Part shown: positions 1 to 8,827 of the stretch, piece after piece
Layout: every line of letters begins with the position of its first letter
Numbering within the stretch: the first letter of the stretch is position 1
Notes under the pieces: generated by a model
Database searches by the model: none
The model's input: the letters and a program-made list of their open reading frames with translations, nothing else
What the model was told of the DNA's origin: nothing
Made by a program: the position numbers and the translations under genes
IMG/VR virus record: IMGVR_UViG_3300045988_067813
Span: 1-64,000 of that record
Length of the DNA: 64,000 bases
Strand: one strand, 5' to 3'
From: a virus

Positions 1-15
1 CAAGAATAATTATAT

Positions 16-44
16 ATAATATAGCTAACTTATACTTCCACCAA
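16..44 (-). promoter_or_regulatory. Leftward-facing copy of a thrice-repeated SigA-type promoter (TTGGTG-17 nt-TATTAT read on minus strand)
   Basis: The reverse complement of 1-60 aligns with 8828-8880. There are 28 identical nt (ATGTATCTTTTTGGTGGAAGTATAAGTT), then TATATTATATATA. The -35/-10 geometry is conserved in all three copies. Confidence 0.5.
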
Positions 45-103
45 AAAGATACATATTCTACATATCGCACAAAAGGATAAATAGAATAATCTACAATTAC
101 CTC

Positions 104-132
104 TTGATTTTTAATTGGCTGTGTGATATACT
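104..132 (+). promoter_or_regulatory. Early promoter TTGATT-17-TGaTATACT (extended -10), preceded by ACCTCTTGA box
   Basis: -35 at 104-109, 17-nt spacer, -10 at 127-132 with TG at 124-125. It lies about 20 nt upstream of the SD GTGAGGA and ATG 152. Confidence 0.55.
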
Positions 133-151
133 ATTCTGTGAGGACTTAATC

Positions 152-1099
152 ATGAAAACAAAAATTATTTGGCACTTTGACAGTGATAAAAAAGAACGAG
201 GAACTACCTTTGCCACAAAGGAAGAGTACACACTCGCTATACAGTTTGAAGATAAAGCGCTAGTAGACCAAGACTTAAAATCTCAAGTTAAAAAATTCAT
301 TAAAACTCGCTACAAGGTCTCTGTGCATCAACTTACCTATCGTGAAAGACCAATGTACACAGTAAGCAAGCTATTTGGAGGAGCTAAAGGGCTGTGTGAA
401 GAGCTTAACCTTTCCACAGAAGAGCTTTGTGAGTTATCTAATTCCTTTCACTCACCTCACAAGAAATCAAGGCTTATTGTGGACTATTTACTCCCTGTAC
501 TGAAAGACCAAGACTTTGCTAATTGGTTCTACTCTACTGTGTATAATTTATACAACAACACCATAGAACCTCTTTTGTTAGTTCCTAGTACACTTCCACA
601 AGAGTTCTATGAATGGCTATCAAAAGAAAGTAGATACACAAAGCTAATTCCTATTCTCACAGGTAAAACCATTCCTAGTGGAGTCATGGTAGGAGATTAC
701 ATTTATGAACACAGAGGTAGCTATTCCTTAATTTATGAAGCCTATTCTAAGCTCCTTTCAGACTACATAGCACAAGAGAGTGGAAAAGCTCCACAGTACC
801 TTAATAACATACAACAGAGAACCACAATGGCACTCAAGAAGTATGGTGTATTGGTATCACACAAGCTAGAATCCATGAACCTTAACTATAAGTCATACAT
901 GGGTATGTTTCATACAACAGCACCTAAGATGACCCATTACATACACACAATAGCTAATGAAGTAAGGTTTGACCCTTATGACATGTTATACTCCATAGTC
1001 CTTAATTCCGTAGAATACTATGCCAAGAAGCCTAGTCATAAGAGAAATGTAACTATAGAATACTTTAAAGAACAACAGATAACACTTAAACGACTGTAG
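152..1099 (+). CDS. Hypothetical early protein (315 aa)
   Basis: Long ORF. ATG 152 (MKTKIIW) follows SD GTGAGGA. The track's TTG 104 start coincides with the -35 box, so it is rejected. No motif recognised. Confidence 0.75.
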   Translation: MKTKIIWHFDSDKKERGTTFATKEEYTLAIQFEDKALVDQDLKSQVKKFIKTRYKVSVHQLTYRERPMYTVSKLFGGAKGLCEELNLSTEELCELSNSFHSPHKKSRLIVDYLLPVLKDQDFANWFYSTVYNLYNNTIEPLLLVPSTLPQEFYEWLSKESRYTKLIPILTGKTIPSGVMVGDYIYEHRGSYSLIYEAYSKLLSDYIAQESGKAPQYLNNIQQRTTMALKKYGVLVSHKLESMNLNYKSYMGMFHTTAPKMTHYIHTIANEVRFDPYDMLYSIVLNSVEYYAKKPSHKRNVTIEYFKEQQITLKRL

Positions 1100-1659
1100 G
1101 AAATCCTATGGTCTTTTATTATGCGTTAAAGTAGAATATTAGAATGGAGTAACATGTTTTTAAATGATTTAGGTCATAGATGAATAGGGGAATTAGGGTA
1201 GGCTTGTTAAGGGTTTACTTTTTAATTGGGTAACATGTTTTTGAAGGGTAATTTTTATTGGTGAATGGAGAGAACGAAGCCCACACTCCCAGTTCCATTT
1301 TTTAATCAACCCTATTATTATATTAAATTTTTAATCTTGCCAACCCTTGCCAATTTACATAGAAATAAATGTCTAATATACTTGAGCTAAGGGGGTAAAA
1401 TTATTTTATATGATTACTCAGAAAAGTTTACATAATTTATTTTATGTGAATTACCACCAAAACCACCCAAACAAAAACATAAATGCTTGATTATATTTAC
1501 CTATTATCTTACAATCCTATACATCCTTTTCTCTTGTCTCTCTTGTATCTATCCATAATTTTATACATAGTAAAATTGTATAATTTACTATACTAAAATT
1601 CTACCTAAATATACTAAATAAAATTTTTATAAAATATCGCAAATTATCGCAAAAAACTA

Positions 1660-1688
1660 TAGACAAATGAAAACAAAAGTGCTATAAT
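1660..1688 (+). promoter_or_regulatory. Near-consensus promoter TAGACA-17-TGcTATAAT
   Basis: Extended -10 TGCTATAAT at 1680-1688. ATATCGCA/TTATCGCA boxes lie just upstream (1634-1651). Confidence 0.6.
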
Positions 1689-1774
1689 AGTATTAACAAG
1701 TAAAGAGAAACAGAAAAACGCTTAAAAACGTTGATACTAATAATAAAATATTATGAAATATCGCACTTTTTCTC

Positions 1775-1803
1775 TTGACTTATATAAAGCAATCTGCTAT
1801 AAT
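1775..1803 (+). promoter_or_regulatory. Consensus promoter TTGACT-17-TGcTATAAT
   Basis: -35 at 1775-1780, -10 at 1798-1803 with TGC extension. An ATATCGCA box sits at 1758-1765. It lies 48 nt upstream of ATG 1851. Confidence 0.7.
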
Positions 1804-1850
1804 AATAGTAGATAAAATATAACAAGCCTAAAGGCAAAAGGAGAAAAACC

Positions 1851-2108
1851 ATGAAAACACCTAAATTTGACTATAATAACACTGAACTATATACTTCTCG
1901 TTATTCTCAGTATGGCTATTGCCTATTCATTATGGTAGATATTGAAAATAATACTTTCGTGTTTGGGCAAAGCAACTCAACATGTGTAAGTCTTCACCGT
2001 GCAGAATACAGAGTAATGGAAAGAATGACTCAAAAGCAAGTAAAAGATTTAAGAGATAGATATTTACAACGTGGATACACTCAACTAACTACAAAAGACT
2101 TCATTTAA
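1851..2108 (+). CDS. Hypothetical small early protein (85 aa)
   Basis: ORF with strong SD AAAGGAGAAAAACC-ATG, directly downstream of a consensus promoter. Confidence 0.75.
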   Translation: MKTPKFDYNNTELYTSRYSQYGYCLFIMVDIENNTFVFGQSNSTCVSLHRAEYRVMERMTQKQVKDLRDRYLQRGYTQLTTKDFI

Positions 2109-2397
2109 GCCTTCTGGGTACAAGCCTAGCGCCAATCTTGCAAGGGGTTGGGGGCTATATTCTTCTAACGTGCTACAATCATATTAAGCATTATAATACT
2201 AGTCAAAGCCCTCTTAATGTAAGGGATATGCTTTCTAGACTTGCTTAAAACATTGTAAAAAGCAGAACAGAAGAAAAAGTAAACAGATTGCCCCTATAAA
2301 GCTATAAAAAGGGGGAATAGTCAGAAGATAGCACTGTACTAACGCAAAATACAATAAAATCGAAGGGAATAGCCCCAAGGCTATAGAGGTTTAATTT

Positions 2398-2691
2398 ATG
2401 CTTGAGTTTAAAACTCGTTATACTAGCATTATAATTGATGAATTAAGCACTGTAAAAAGAATTGGTAAATATCCAATAAACTACAAAGCTGTTACACGTT
2501 TAGACGGTAGAAGAGTCACAGCAAAAGAAAACTATGTCAGCTTTATCTTTGAAAAATATGAGATTCTGATAGCTTGTAATAACTCTAAAAAAGTTTGTGA
2601 ATTGATTGAAGAAACTTTCTTGAATCCTATCAAGTATAAACACAATAAGACAACCATAAAAGCTGAAAGCATTAACATTTATAAGATTTAA
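2398..2691 (+). CDS. Hypothetical small early protein (97 aa)
   Basis: ORF preceded by SD AGAGG. A hairpin ATAGCCCCAAGGCTAT lies just upstream. Confidence 0.65.
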   Translation: MLEFKTRYTSIIIDELSTVKRIGKYPINYKAVTRLDGRRVTAKENYVSFIFEKYEILIACNNSKKVCELIEETFLNPIKYKHNKTTIKAESINIYKI

Positions 2692-2752
2692 AGGTTTGGG
2701 GATTCTTTCCCCTTACCTAACTATTAAAGAATAAGAAAGAGAGAAAAGAAAA

Positions 2753-3112
2753 ATGAGTAAAACACTTGAAAAATTGATTGTAAGAGCTTATGAGCTAGGA
2801 GAGTCAAATTTAAATGGTCGTATGATGGAATATGGTTATAAAAGGGAATTAAGAAGTAAATGGGCTTTTGTGTATGATAAACAAGCGGAAATCTTGACTA
2901 TGAAACACTGGGGAACTACTATCTTAACTTATGATTTTACAACTGATACCATTATAGAAGCTTATGGACAGTCAAAAAGTGATGCTGATGCTATAAATTG
3001 GTTTGGACGTACTCAAAACGCTATTGTAAAAGCTTCTTACCGTCCATCTGTAGATAACTTTCTGGTAACTGGACATTTCTATGGAGATTTAGAGACTAAA
3101 AAAGTAAACTAA
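2753..3112 (+). CDS. Hypothetical early protein (119 aa)
   Basis: ORF with an A/G-rich SD region (AGAGAGAAAAGAAAAATG), followed by hairpin AAGGGGG-TAAAATT-CCCCCTT (3111-3131). Confidence 0.7.
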   Translation: MSKTLEKLIVRAYELGESNLNGRMMEYGYKRELRSKWAFVYDKQAEILTMKHWGTTILTYDFTTDTIIEAYGQSKSDADAINWFGRTQNAIVKASYRPSVDNFLVTGHFYGDLETKKVN

Positions 3113-3175
3113 GGGGGTAAAATTCCCCCTTGGGATTTAAGGAATTAAGGAAACATTAGGAAGAATAAAACTAAC

Positions 3176-3481
3176 ATGGAAACTAATAATAAAAATTATA
3201 AAATCTTTAAAATTCTGGGCTTGGCTGTTGTGCTATTCTATGCTTTTATCTTTATCGGTAGTAGTTTCTCTACTACTGGGGTAAAAGATGCCAAACCTAT
3301 TGAGTATAAAAGCGACTACTTAAACCAAAAAATGGAACTAAGAGACGCTGAAATCTTGGGAAAATTTTGGAATGATAAAGGGCATTTTATAGTAGTATAT
3401 GATGAGGACACAAAAGCCCCAGAATTGTTCCAGATTGATTTTTCTGAGTGGAATCTAATAAGTGTAGGGGATACATATTAA
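3176..3481 (+). CDS. Membrane-anchored small protein (N-terminal TM helix)
   Basis: Hydrophobic stretch ILGLAVVLFYAFIFIGSSF near the N-terminus. Confidence 0.65.
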   Translation: METNNKNYKIFKILGLAVVLFYAFIFIGSSFSTTGVKDAKPIEYKSDYLNQKMELRDAEILGKFWNDKGHFIVVYDEDTKAPELFQIDFSEWNLISVGDTY

Positions 3482-3542
3482 AACGCTGTAGGGGGCTTGT
3501 GAGAGCCTTCTAGAGCTATGATAGATAGAAAGGTATTATAAA

Positions 3543-3698
3543 ATGAAAATTAAAAAGATGAAACTACTAAAATTTATGGCATTGCCTACTTTCTTGGGGT
3601 ATAGCGTATTAGCTAACCTTAACTACACTTTTTCACTGATGATTCTTTGTGGGTTTGTGGCTGTTATAGCCTTGCAATTCATGTATATTACAGACTAG
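3543..3698 (+). CDS. Small hydrophobic protein, 51 aa (not in ORF track)
   Basis: My translation is MKIKKMKLLKFMALPTFLGYSVLANLNYTFSLMILCGFVAVIALQFMYITD. It fills an otherwise empty gap and has two hydrophobic segments. Confidence 0.4.
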   Translation: MKIKKMKLLKFMALPTFLGYSVLANLNYTFSLMILCGFVAVIALQFMYITD

Positions 3699-3709
3699 GA
3701 GAGGTTAAA

Positions 3710-3949
3710 ATGTATCCAACAATTAAAGATAAAAAAAGGGATTTAAAAAATGCCTGGTTAACTGCTAAAAATAAGCTTGTGACTGTAGAAGTATTAGATA
3801 CATTCTTAATTGAAATTTTTGTCTTATATAGTTATGACCACAAAGAAGAACCTCCTTTCTTGCTTGGTAAGGATTTACAAAAGTCACTGAATTTACCCTT
3901 TGATGTTAAGTATAGACAGCTTGAAAGGGTTTTAGGTGGTCTAAAATGA
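3710..3949 (+). CDS. Hypothetical small protein (79 aa)
   Basis: ATG 3710 (MYPTIKDKK) after SD TAGGAGAGG. ATGA overlap with the next gene. Confidence 0.65.
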   Translation: MYPTIKDKKRDLKNAWLTAKNKLVTVEVLDTFLIEIFVLYSYDHKEEPPFLLGKDLQKSLNLPFDVKYRQLERVLGGLK

Positions 3950-4140
3950 AGTTAGAAATTGGTCAAACAGTTAAATTAAATAGAAGTATGGGTCAATGTG
4001 AAAAGGGTGAAGTATTCAAAGTTGTTAGAATAAGTGGGTTTTTAGCTGTTCTTAAAAGTATAGTAACAAATGATGAATATTTTGTATATATAAATTTTAG
4101 TGGGGTTGATTTAATAGAAAAGGAGATTTTCCATGTTTAA
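3946..4140 (+). CDS. Array-1 paralog, short single-domain form (ends EIFHV)
   Basis: IGQTVKL...EKGEVFKVV resembles the second half of the longer paralogs. Its stop overlaps the next start in cATGTTTAA. Confidence 0.7.
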   Translation: MKLEIGQTVKLNRSMGQCEKGEVFKVVRISGFLAVLKSIVTNDEYFVYINFSGVDLIEKEIFHV

Positions 4141-4348
4141 TATAGGTGATATTATTGAGCTAACCCAAGATACATTCATGTATGAAAAGGGCATAATTTG
4201 TCAAATTGTGGAAGTGGATGAAGATAATTCTAATTATGGGTTTGTTAAAATTTTAAAATATCCTGATGGTAGAGAAGGTGACGGTAAGGAAAGGCACGCA
4301 AACCTAACTCTATTTAAGTTAGTAGCTAAGGAATGTTTCTATGTTTAA
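4133..4348 (+). CDS. Array-1 paralog, short form (ends ECFYV)
   Basis: MFNIGDIIEL...EKGIICQIV. ATGTTTAA overlap junctions at both ends. Confidence 0.75.
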   Translation: MFNIGDIIELTQDTFMYEKGIICQIVEVDEDNSNYGFVKILKYPDGREGDGKERHANLTLFKLVAKECFYV

Positions 4349-4676
4349 AGTTGGTGATATAGTGTGGTCTAATACTAATAGATATAGCATGACATGCTAC
4401 CATAGACCCTGTAAGGTTGTAAGGGTAGATAGTTTTAGTAGAATGATTGTAGAAGTCATTGATACAGGAAAGTATTATCCAGTTGAAACTAAAGAATTTG
4501 AGCATATCACAGAAGATGGAATATTTTACATTGGGGATATTTTAGAATATAAAGGTATGATACTCATTTTCCAGAGTTACCAAGATTATTCCACAGTATT
4601 GTGTAATACTCTTGATGAATCCCCCATTAGAGTAGAGATTAAGGATATAAGGAAAGTAGGTGGTTTCTTTGTTTAA
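4341..4676 (+). CDS. Array-1 paralog, two-domain form (ends GGFFV)
   Basis: MFKVGDIVWSNTNRYSMTCYHRPCKVV plus a second GDILEYKG half. Confidence 0.8.
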   Translation: MFKVGDIVWSNTNRYSMTCYHRPCKVVRVDSFSRMIVEVIDTGKYYPVETKEFEHITEDGIFYIGDILEYKGMILIFQSYQDYSTVLCNTLDESPIRVEIKDIRKVGGFFV

Positions 4677-5010
4677 AGTTGGTGATATAGTGTGGTCTAA
4701 ATCCCATAGGTATTCAGTTACTTTCTATCATAGACCTTGTAGGGTTTTAAAAATTTTAGGGTCAGAAATGAGGGTGCAAGTATTAGATAATGGTTACTCT
4801 TTTGTAGTTGATGTACTTAAATTTGAGCTTGTGCCAGAGGGTGGAATACTTGAGCCAGGAGATAAGCTTATCCATAGTAAGACTAAAGAAATGCTTATTT
4901 TTACAAAGTACCATGATTGTGAGTATATAAAGTGTAGAAATTCAGATAATGAAGTTAAGCAGTATAAAATTCAAGATGTAGAAAAGTATAAGGAAATATT
5001 TTATGTTTAA
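4669..5010 (+). CDS. Array-1 paralog, two-domain form (ends EIFYV); TTG start inferred
   Basis: The junction is TTGTTTAA instead of ATGTTTAA. The product (M)FKVGDIVWSKSHRYSVTFYHRPCRVL aligns from residue 1 with its neighbours. The track's GTG 4660 is an in-frame alternative. Confidence 0.7.
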   Translation: MFKVGDIVWSKSHRYSVTFYHRPCRVLKILGSEMRVQVLDNGYSFVVDVLKFELVPEGGILEPGDKLIHSKTKEMLIFTKYHDCEYIKCRNSDNEVKQYKIQDVEKYKEIFYV

Positions 5011-5341
5011 AAAAGGAGATATTGTAAGAGCTACTACACGAAGATATGTTTATACAAGTTATATGCGACCATGTTTAGTCAAGGAATATGATTCATCAGG
5101 AAAATTACTGATAGAGCCTTTTGATGATGGTTCTACTTATGATGTAGATGATACAGCTTTTGAAATTGTACCTACTAGAGAAATATTCAAACAAGGTCAA
5201 GAAATACTTGTAAAAGGCTTTAAAGATAGGGTTGTGTTTAAAAAATATCTTAGTAGAGGTGAAATTAGGATAACAGAGGATGAATGGTTTCACGATATTA
5301 GTATAGATGATGTTATTTATCTAAGGGGGTTTTATGTTTAA
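5003..5341 (+). CDS. Array-1 paralog, two-domain form (ends RGFYV)
   Basis: MFKKGDIVRATTRRYVYTSYMRPCLVK. ATGTTTAA junctions. Confidence 0.8.
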   Translation: MFKKGDIVRATTRRYVYTSYMRPCLVKEYDSSGKLLIEPFDDGSTYDVDDTAFEIVPTREIFKQGQEILVKGFKDRVVFKKYLSRGEIRITEDEWFHDISIDDVIYLRGFYV

Positions 5342-5681
5342 AGAAGGGGACATTGTATGGTGCACAAGTGATGATGATTACAGAATAACTTGTTATCACA
5401 GACCTTGCAGAGTTGTGGGTTATGATAGTCAGGGCTATTTATTACTAAAAGCCTTTAACCAATCTAATTCAATAAAACATGATGTAAACGAAAAGTTGTT
5501 TGAATTAGTACCAGTACACAAAATATTGAAGCCTGGTCAACTGATTAAAATTAAGGGATTGGATAGATTAGTAGAGTTCAAAAAGTATAAAGATAGAGGT
5601 TATGTTGAAGTGGTTGATAATGGCTGGTTTTCAGAATACTATGTAGACGATATTATATTTGAAGAAGGGTTTTATATCTAA
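5334..5681 (+). CDS. Array-1 paralog, two-domain form (ends EGFYI)
   Basis: MFKEGDIVWCTSDDDYRITCYHRPCRVV. ATGTTTAA at the 5' junction and TAATG at the 3' junction. Confidence 0.8.
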   Translation: MFKEGDIVWCTSDDDYRITCYHRPCRVVGYDSQGYLLLKAFNQSNSIKHDVNEKLFELVPVHKILKPGQLIKIKGLDRLVEFKKYKDRGYVEVVDNGWFSEYYVDDIIFEEGFYI

Positions 5682-6025
5682 TGTTAGCGAACTTAACAGG
5701 TCACGATATTTATATTGTGGATAGACATGGAAATATAGTAACTACAATACAGCCTTGTGAAACAGAAGAGCCTCTGAGAGCTGAGGTTACTATGCGAAGA
5801 CAGAAAAAAATTGAAGGAATAAAATTAACTAAACTCTTTTATACTAGCAATATCACAGAGCGAAAAATGCAAGAATTACTTAACAAGTATGATGGTATTA
5901 TTGTATCTAAGATAACAGCAGAGTGCTTGAAAGAGTTAGGCTACACGGATAAGATTTATATTACTGGAAGAAAGTTTTATAGACATGGTGAGCTTATCGG
6001 TGTGAAAGAATTATGTATTTTATAA
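5681..6025 (+). CDS. Hypothetical protein (114 aa)
   Basis: ORF coupled by a TAATG overlap to the array. No motif recognised. Confidence 0.65.
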   Translation: MLANLTGHDIYIVDRHGNIVTTIQPCETEEPLRAEVTMRRQKKIEGIKLTKLFYTSNITERKMQELLNKYDGIIVSKITAECLKELGYTDKIYITGRKFYRHGELIGVKELCIL

Positions 6026-6043
6026 GGTAAAGGAAAGAAGAAA

Positions 6044-7585
6044 ATGAAAATGCAATCAGTAACAAGAGAAAATATGGAAACATTCAAGGAATCAATGCTA
6101 TCAAAAAAGGAATTTGAGGAGCTTGTAGGAGAGGTAAAAACAAACAAAGAGCTTGCTGAAAGACTTGCACAGATTGAAGCACCAGCAGATATTGAAGGGT
6201 ATGGAGCTGACTTTGTGGAAGCTGTTAAGACCTTAAATAGTCAAACAGACTTTCTTGAGGTTATCAGAGCATGGGATTTGGTGGATAAGCTACGAAAGTA
6301 TCAAAGCCTATTCCCTAGTGGCTATACATTTAAGGATATGTACCTAACTAGCCCTCTCCCTACTGTACTTGTGGGAGTTGATAAAGAGCGTACACTCTTA
6401 AAATATCCTGAAAAGTGGTATGAAGACCACAAAGAAGAGCTTTCTAAAGTATTAGACTTGCTTATTTATCGTAAGAAAAATGGAGGTGATTCTTACACAG
6501 AGCGAAACAGTAACATTGAAGACTTAGATAGATTTATTTCAGATAATAACCTAGGTAGTTATCCTAAAGTGTTTTCTTATATGCTTATGAGAAGCACAGA
6601 TGGAAGATATGCTAATGATGGGGATAAAGTTAAGGTATTACCAAAATTCCAAAAATATATCTCTAAGAAATTTGACAAAAAAATTAAAGAGCTTAATGGG
6701 GATTTAGTAAAAATTTCTTATTCAAGTATGGTAAAAGACTATTTTGGGCTTAATTTAGATGAATCAAAAAATGCTCCTAAGTTGTCTAAACAGCTTAAAA
6801 AAGCAGGAATTAGCTACACTGATGAAGAAATCCGCCATTTTGGGGAAGTAAGAAACTGGTGGGATGATTGGAATGTTTTTAACAAGTCAACAATTAAAAA
6901 TAAGGTTTTTCGTGCAAGAGATTTATGGGTAGATAAAGCAGATTTTACTATTCCAGTTATTGTTGACGATTGGGCTTTCAATGACTCTTGTAATAAGTCT
7001 GATAGCGGTGCTGGTGCTGATACCCATCTTGTGTTACGAAGTTTTGGGTTTGAATATCTCAAAGGGTATTCTGTAGGGTACACAAGAGATAATGGATATT
7101 CCCTATACCCTGCTATGAGAACTTATTTCTTAAGGAAAGACAGCGATATTGCTCATGCTGGAACTTATGCCGATTTTAGTAGCACCAGAGCAAAAGCTTG
7201 TTATGAATTTACTACTGTCCTCTTGTGTATCTTCTTTAACAAAAAAGTAGATGATTTTTACAAGATTAAAGGTATGAATATTGATTGTCAATATTACAAT
7301 GACAAAAAAGGAGGAAGTATTTACTTTTGGGCTAACCAAGCAAAAAATGACTATGCTAAATTTGGTACAGCAGAGCTTTTTGAAGAATATGATGCGCTTG
7401 TAATGGAAGATTACATAAATAATAATGAAAGTCTACGAAATACATTAAATAATTATTTAAAATCTAATGAATATAGATTATTACAAGAAAAGTACATGAA
7501 TTTTATTGGTTTACAGCTATCAGATAAAGCACCAGAAGTTAGAGAGCTATCACCTCTTACAAAAGAATTGTTGGAATTGATTTAA
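6044..7585 (+). CDS. Hypothetical large early protein (513 aa)
   Basis: Long ORF with SD AAAGGAAAG. I could not assign a family. Confidence 0.8.
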   Translation: MKMQSVTRENMETFKESMLSKKEFEELVGEVKTNKELAERLAQIEAPADIEGYGADFVEAVKTLNSQTDFLEVIRAWDLVDKLRKYQSLFPSGYTFKDMYLTSPLPTVLVGVDKERTLLKYPEKWYEDHKEELSKVLDLLIYRKKNGGDSYTERNSNIEDLDRFISDNNLGSYPKVFSYMLMRSTDGRYANDGDKVKVLPKFQKYISKKFDKKIKELNGDLVKISYSSMVKDYFGLNLDESKNAPKLSKQLKKAGISYTDEEIRHFGEVRNWWDDWNVFNKSTIKNKVFRARDLWVDKADFTIPVIVDDWAFNDSCNKSDSGAGADTHLVLRSFGFEYLKGYSVGYTRDNGYSLYPAMRTYFLRKDSDIAHAGTYADFSSTRAKACYEFTTVLLCIFFNKKVDDFYKIKGMNIDCQYYNDKKGGSIYFWANQAKNDYAKFGTAELFEEYDALVMEDYINNNESLRNTLNNYLKSNEYRLLQEKYMNFIGLQLSDKAPEVRELSPLTKELLELI

Positions 7586-7598
7586 AAGGAGAAATAAC

Positions 7599-8723
7599 AT
7601 GAAATACACATTTATTGACGTACTAACTAAAACACAATCAGAAATGCAAGAATGGCTTCCAGAAGTATTGGCTGACTATGGTTATCAAATTAAGGTAACA
7701 GACTACATGATTCAAGCAATTAGTACAGAAGAGAATCAGCCTTGTCTTGTGGCTCATTTAGACACAATCAACACAAAACGCAAGAACTCTGGTTATAGTT
7801 ATGGTACTTACTACCAAAATACCACAGTCACAAGCACAGAAAAAGACCGTACACCAGAAGAGGAAGATATTCTAGTCACAGAGCGCTATATCTTATTGTC
7901 TCCTGAGTGCAAGTCTAGTATTCAATGTTTGGGTGCTGATGACCGTGTAGGAGTTAAGACTATCCTAGATATTCTTGAGACAGGTCTCAGACCTCATATT
8001 CTCTTCACTACAGACGAAGAAGTGGGTTGTGTGGGTTCTAGGAAGGCAGTAGAAGAAAATGCGTTAGAGGGGCTAAAAATGGCTTCTATGCTTATTCAAA
8101 TTGACCGAGGGGTTCATGAACGTTCTTGGCATGAAATGGTAACTTATGACTTTGACCCAGAATCACACAAGGAAATCTTTGATGAGTTACGAAAGACCTA
8201 CACAATGGCTACAGGTTCATACACAGACGTAGCAGTGCTTGGACCTCATTTAGATAAACCTATTGTGAATGTATCAGCTAGTTATATGCACGAACATACC
8301 ACAGACGAATTTATCAATCTAGATGCCTATAAGTATAACACACAAGGTCTAATCAAGTTCATTGAATGGGCACAGAAGCAAGACACAAGCGAATGGAAGT
8401 ATGTAGCTAAATATGTACCACCAAAACCAAAAATCACACGCACTACAGACTTTACTAACTTTCCTCCTAAATTTGGAGAGCAAAGACCTAGCCTATGGGA
8501 AAGAGATAAAGGGTATGCTAAAGCAGAAGACTACTTTAAAGAAATGTGTAAATCTCAATTTATGCACCCTATCACAATCTTTGACCGTTATATAGCAGAA
8601 GGTTATGAAGAAGAAGACTTACTAGATTGCTTAGACTTAGCATATAGTCTAGGAGCTGAGTTCACAAACGTGTGGCAATTAAATTATATTCTTGAAGGTA
8701 AGATTTACCAACACGTTGTATAA
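7599..8723 (+). CDS. Putative clan-MH Zn metallopeptidase/amidohydrolase (M20/M28/M42-like) with extra C-terminal region
   Basis: Ordered ligand-like motifs: VAHLDT (H-x-D), GADDRVG (bridging D), TTDEEVGCVGS (E-E), YTDVAV, YMHEHT (terminal H). Confidence 0.5.
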   Translation: MKYTFIDVLTKTQSEMQEWLPEVLADYGYQIKVTDYMIQAISTEENQPCLVAHLDTINTKRKNSGYSYGTYYQNTTVTSTEKDRTPEEEDILVTERYILLSPECKSSIQCLGADDRVGVKTILDILETGLRPHILFTTDEEVGCVGSRKAVEENALEGLKMASMLIQIDRGVHERSWHEMVTYDFDPESHKEIFDELRKTYTMATGSYTDVAVLGPHLDKPIVNVSASYMHEHTTDEFINLDAYKYNTQGLIKFIEWAQKQDTSEWKYVAKYVPPKPKITRTTDFTNFPPKFGEQRPSLWERDKGYAKAEDYFKEMCKSQFMHPITIFDRYIAEGYEEEDLLDCLDLAYSLGAEFTNVWQLNYILEGKIYQHVV

Positions 8724-8730
8724 AAGAAAA

Positions 8731-8756
8731 AAGGACAGCTCATTTGCTGTCCTTTT
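8731..8756 (+). terminator. Rho-independent terminator after the early block
   Basis: 9-bp stem AAGGACAGC/GCTGTCCTT with loop TCATTT. An A-run lies upstream and T's downstream. Confidence 0.65.
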
Positions 8757-8827
8757 AAGGTTACTTTATGTACTTATAAGTATATCACACACAGCAGAAT
8801 CTTGCAAGTAAAAGACTCTATATACTA

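Noticed and set aside
104-151. TTG start at 104 for the first ORF (track annotation)
   Set aside because: The TTG is the -35 hexamer of a well-formed promoter. ATG 152 has a proper SD (GTGAGGA) and gives a sensible N-terminus, MKTKIIW.
8413-8595. Same-strand overlapping ORFs 8413-8595, 13179-13391 and 21013-21195, and antisense ORFs in early genes (5105-5293, 6814-7339, 9677-9937, 10557-11373, 12815-13213, 14398-14592, 16353-16619, 17978-18196, 18903-19106, 20726-20941, 21792-22034, 23057-23257, 24126-24317, 25034-25312, 25502-25723)
   Set aside because: All are nested within longer ORFs that have recognisable motifs or proper SD/start contexts. They have no SD of their own, and their composition is typical of off-frame translation of AT-rich DNA.
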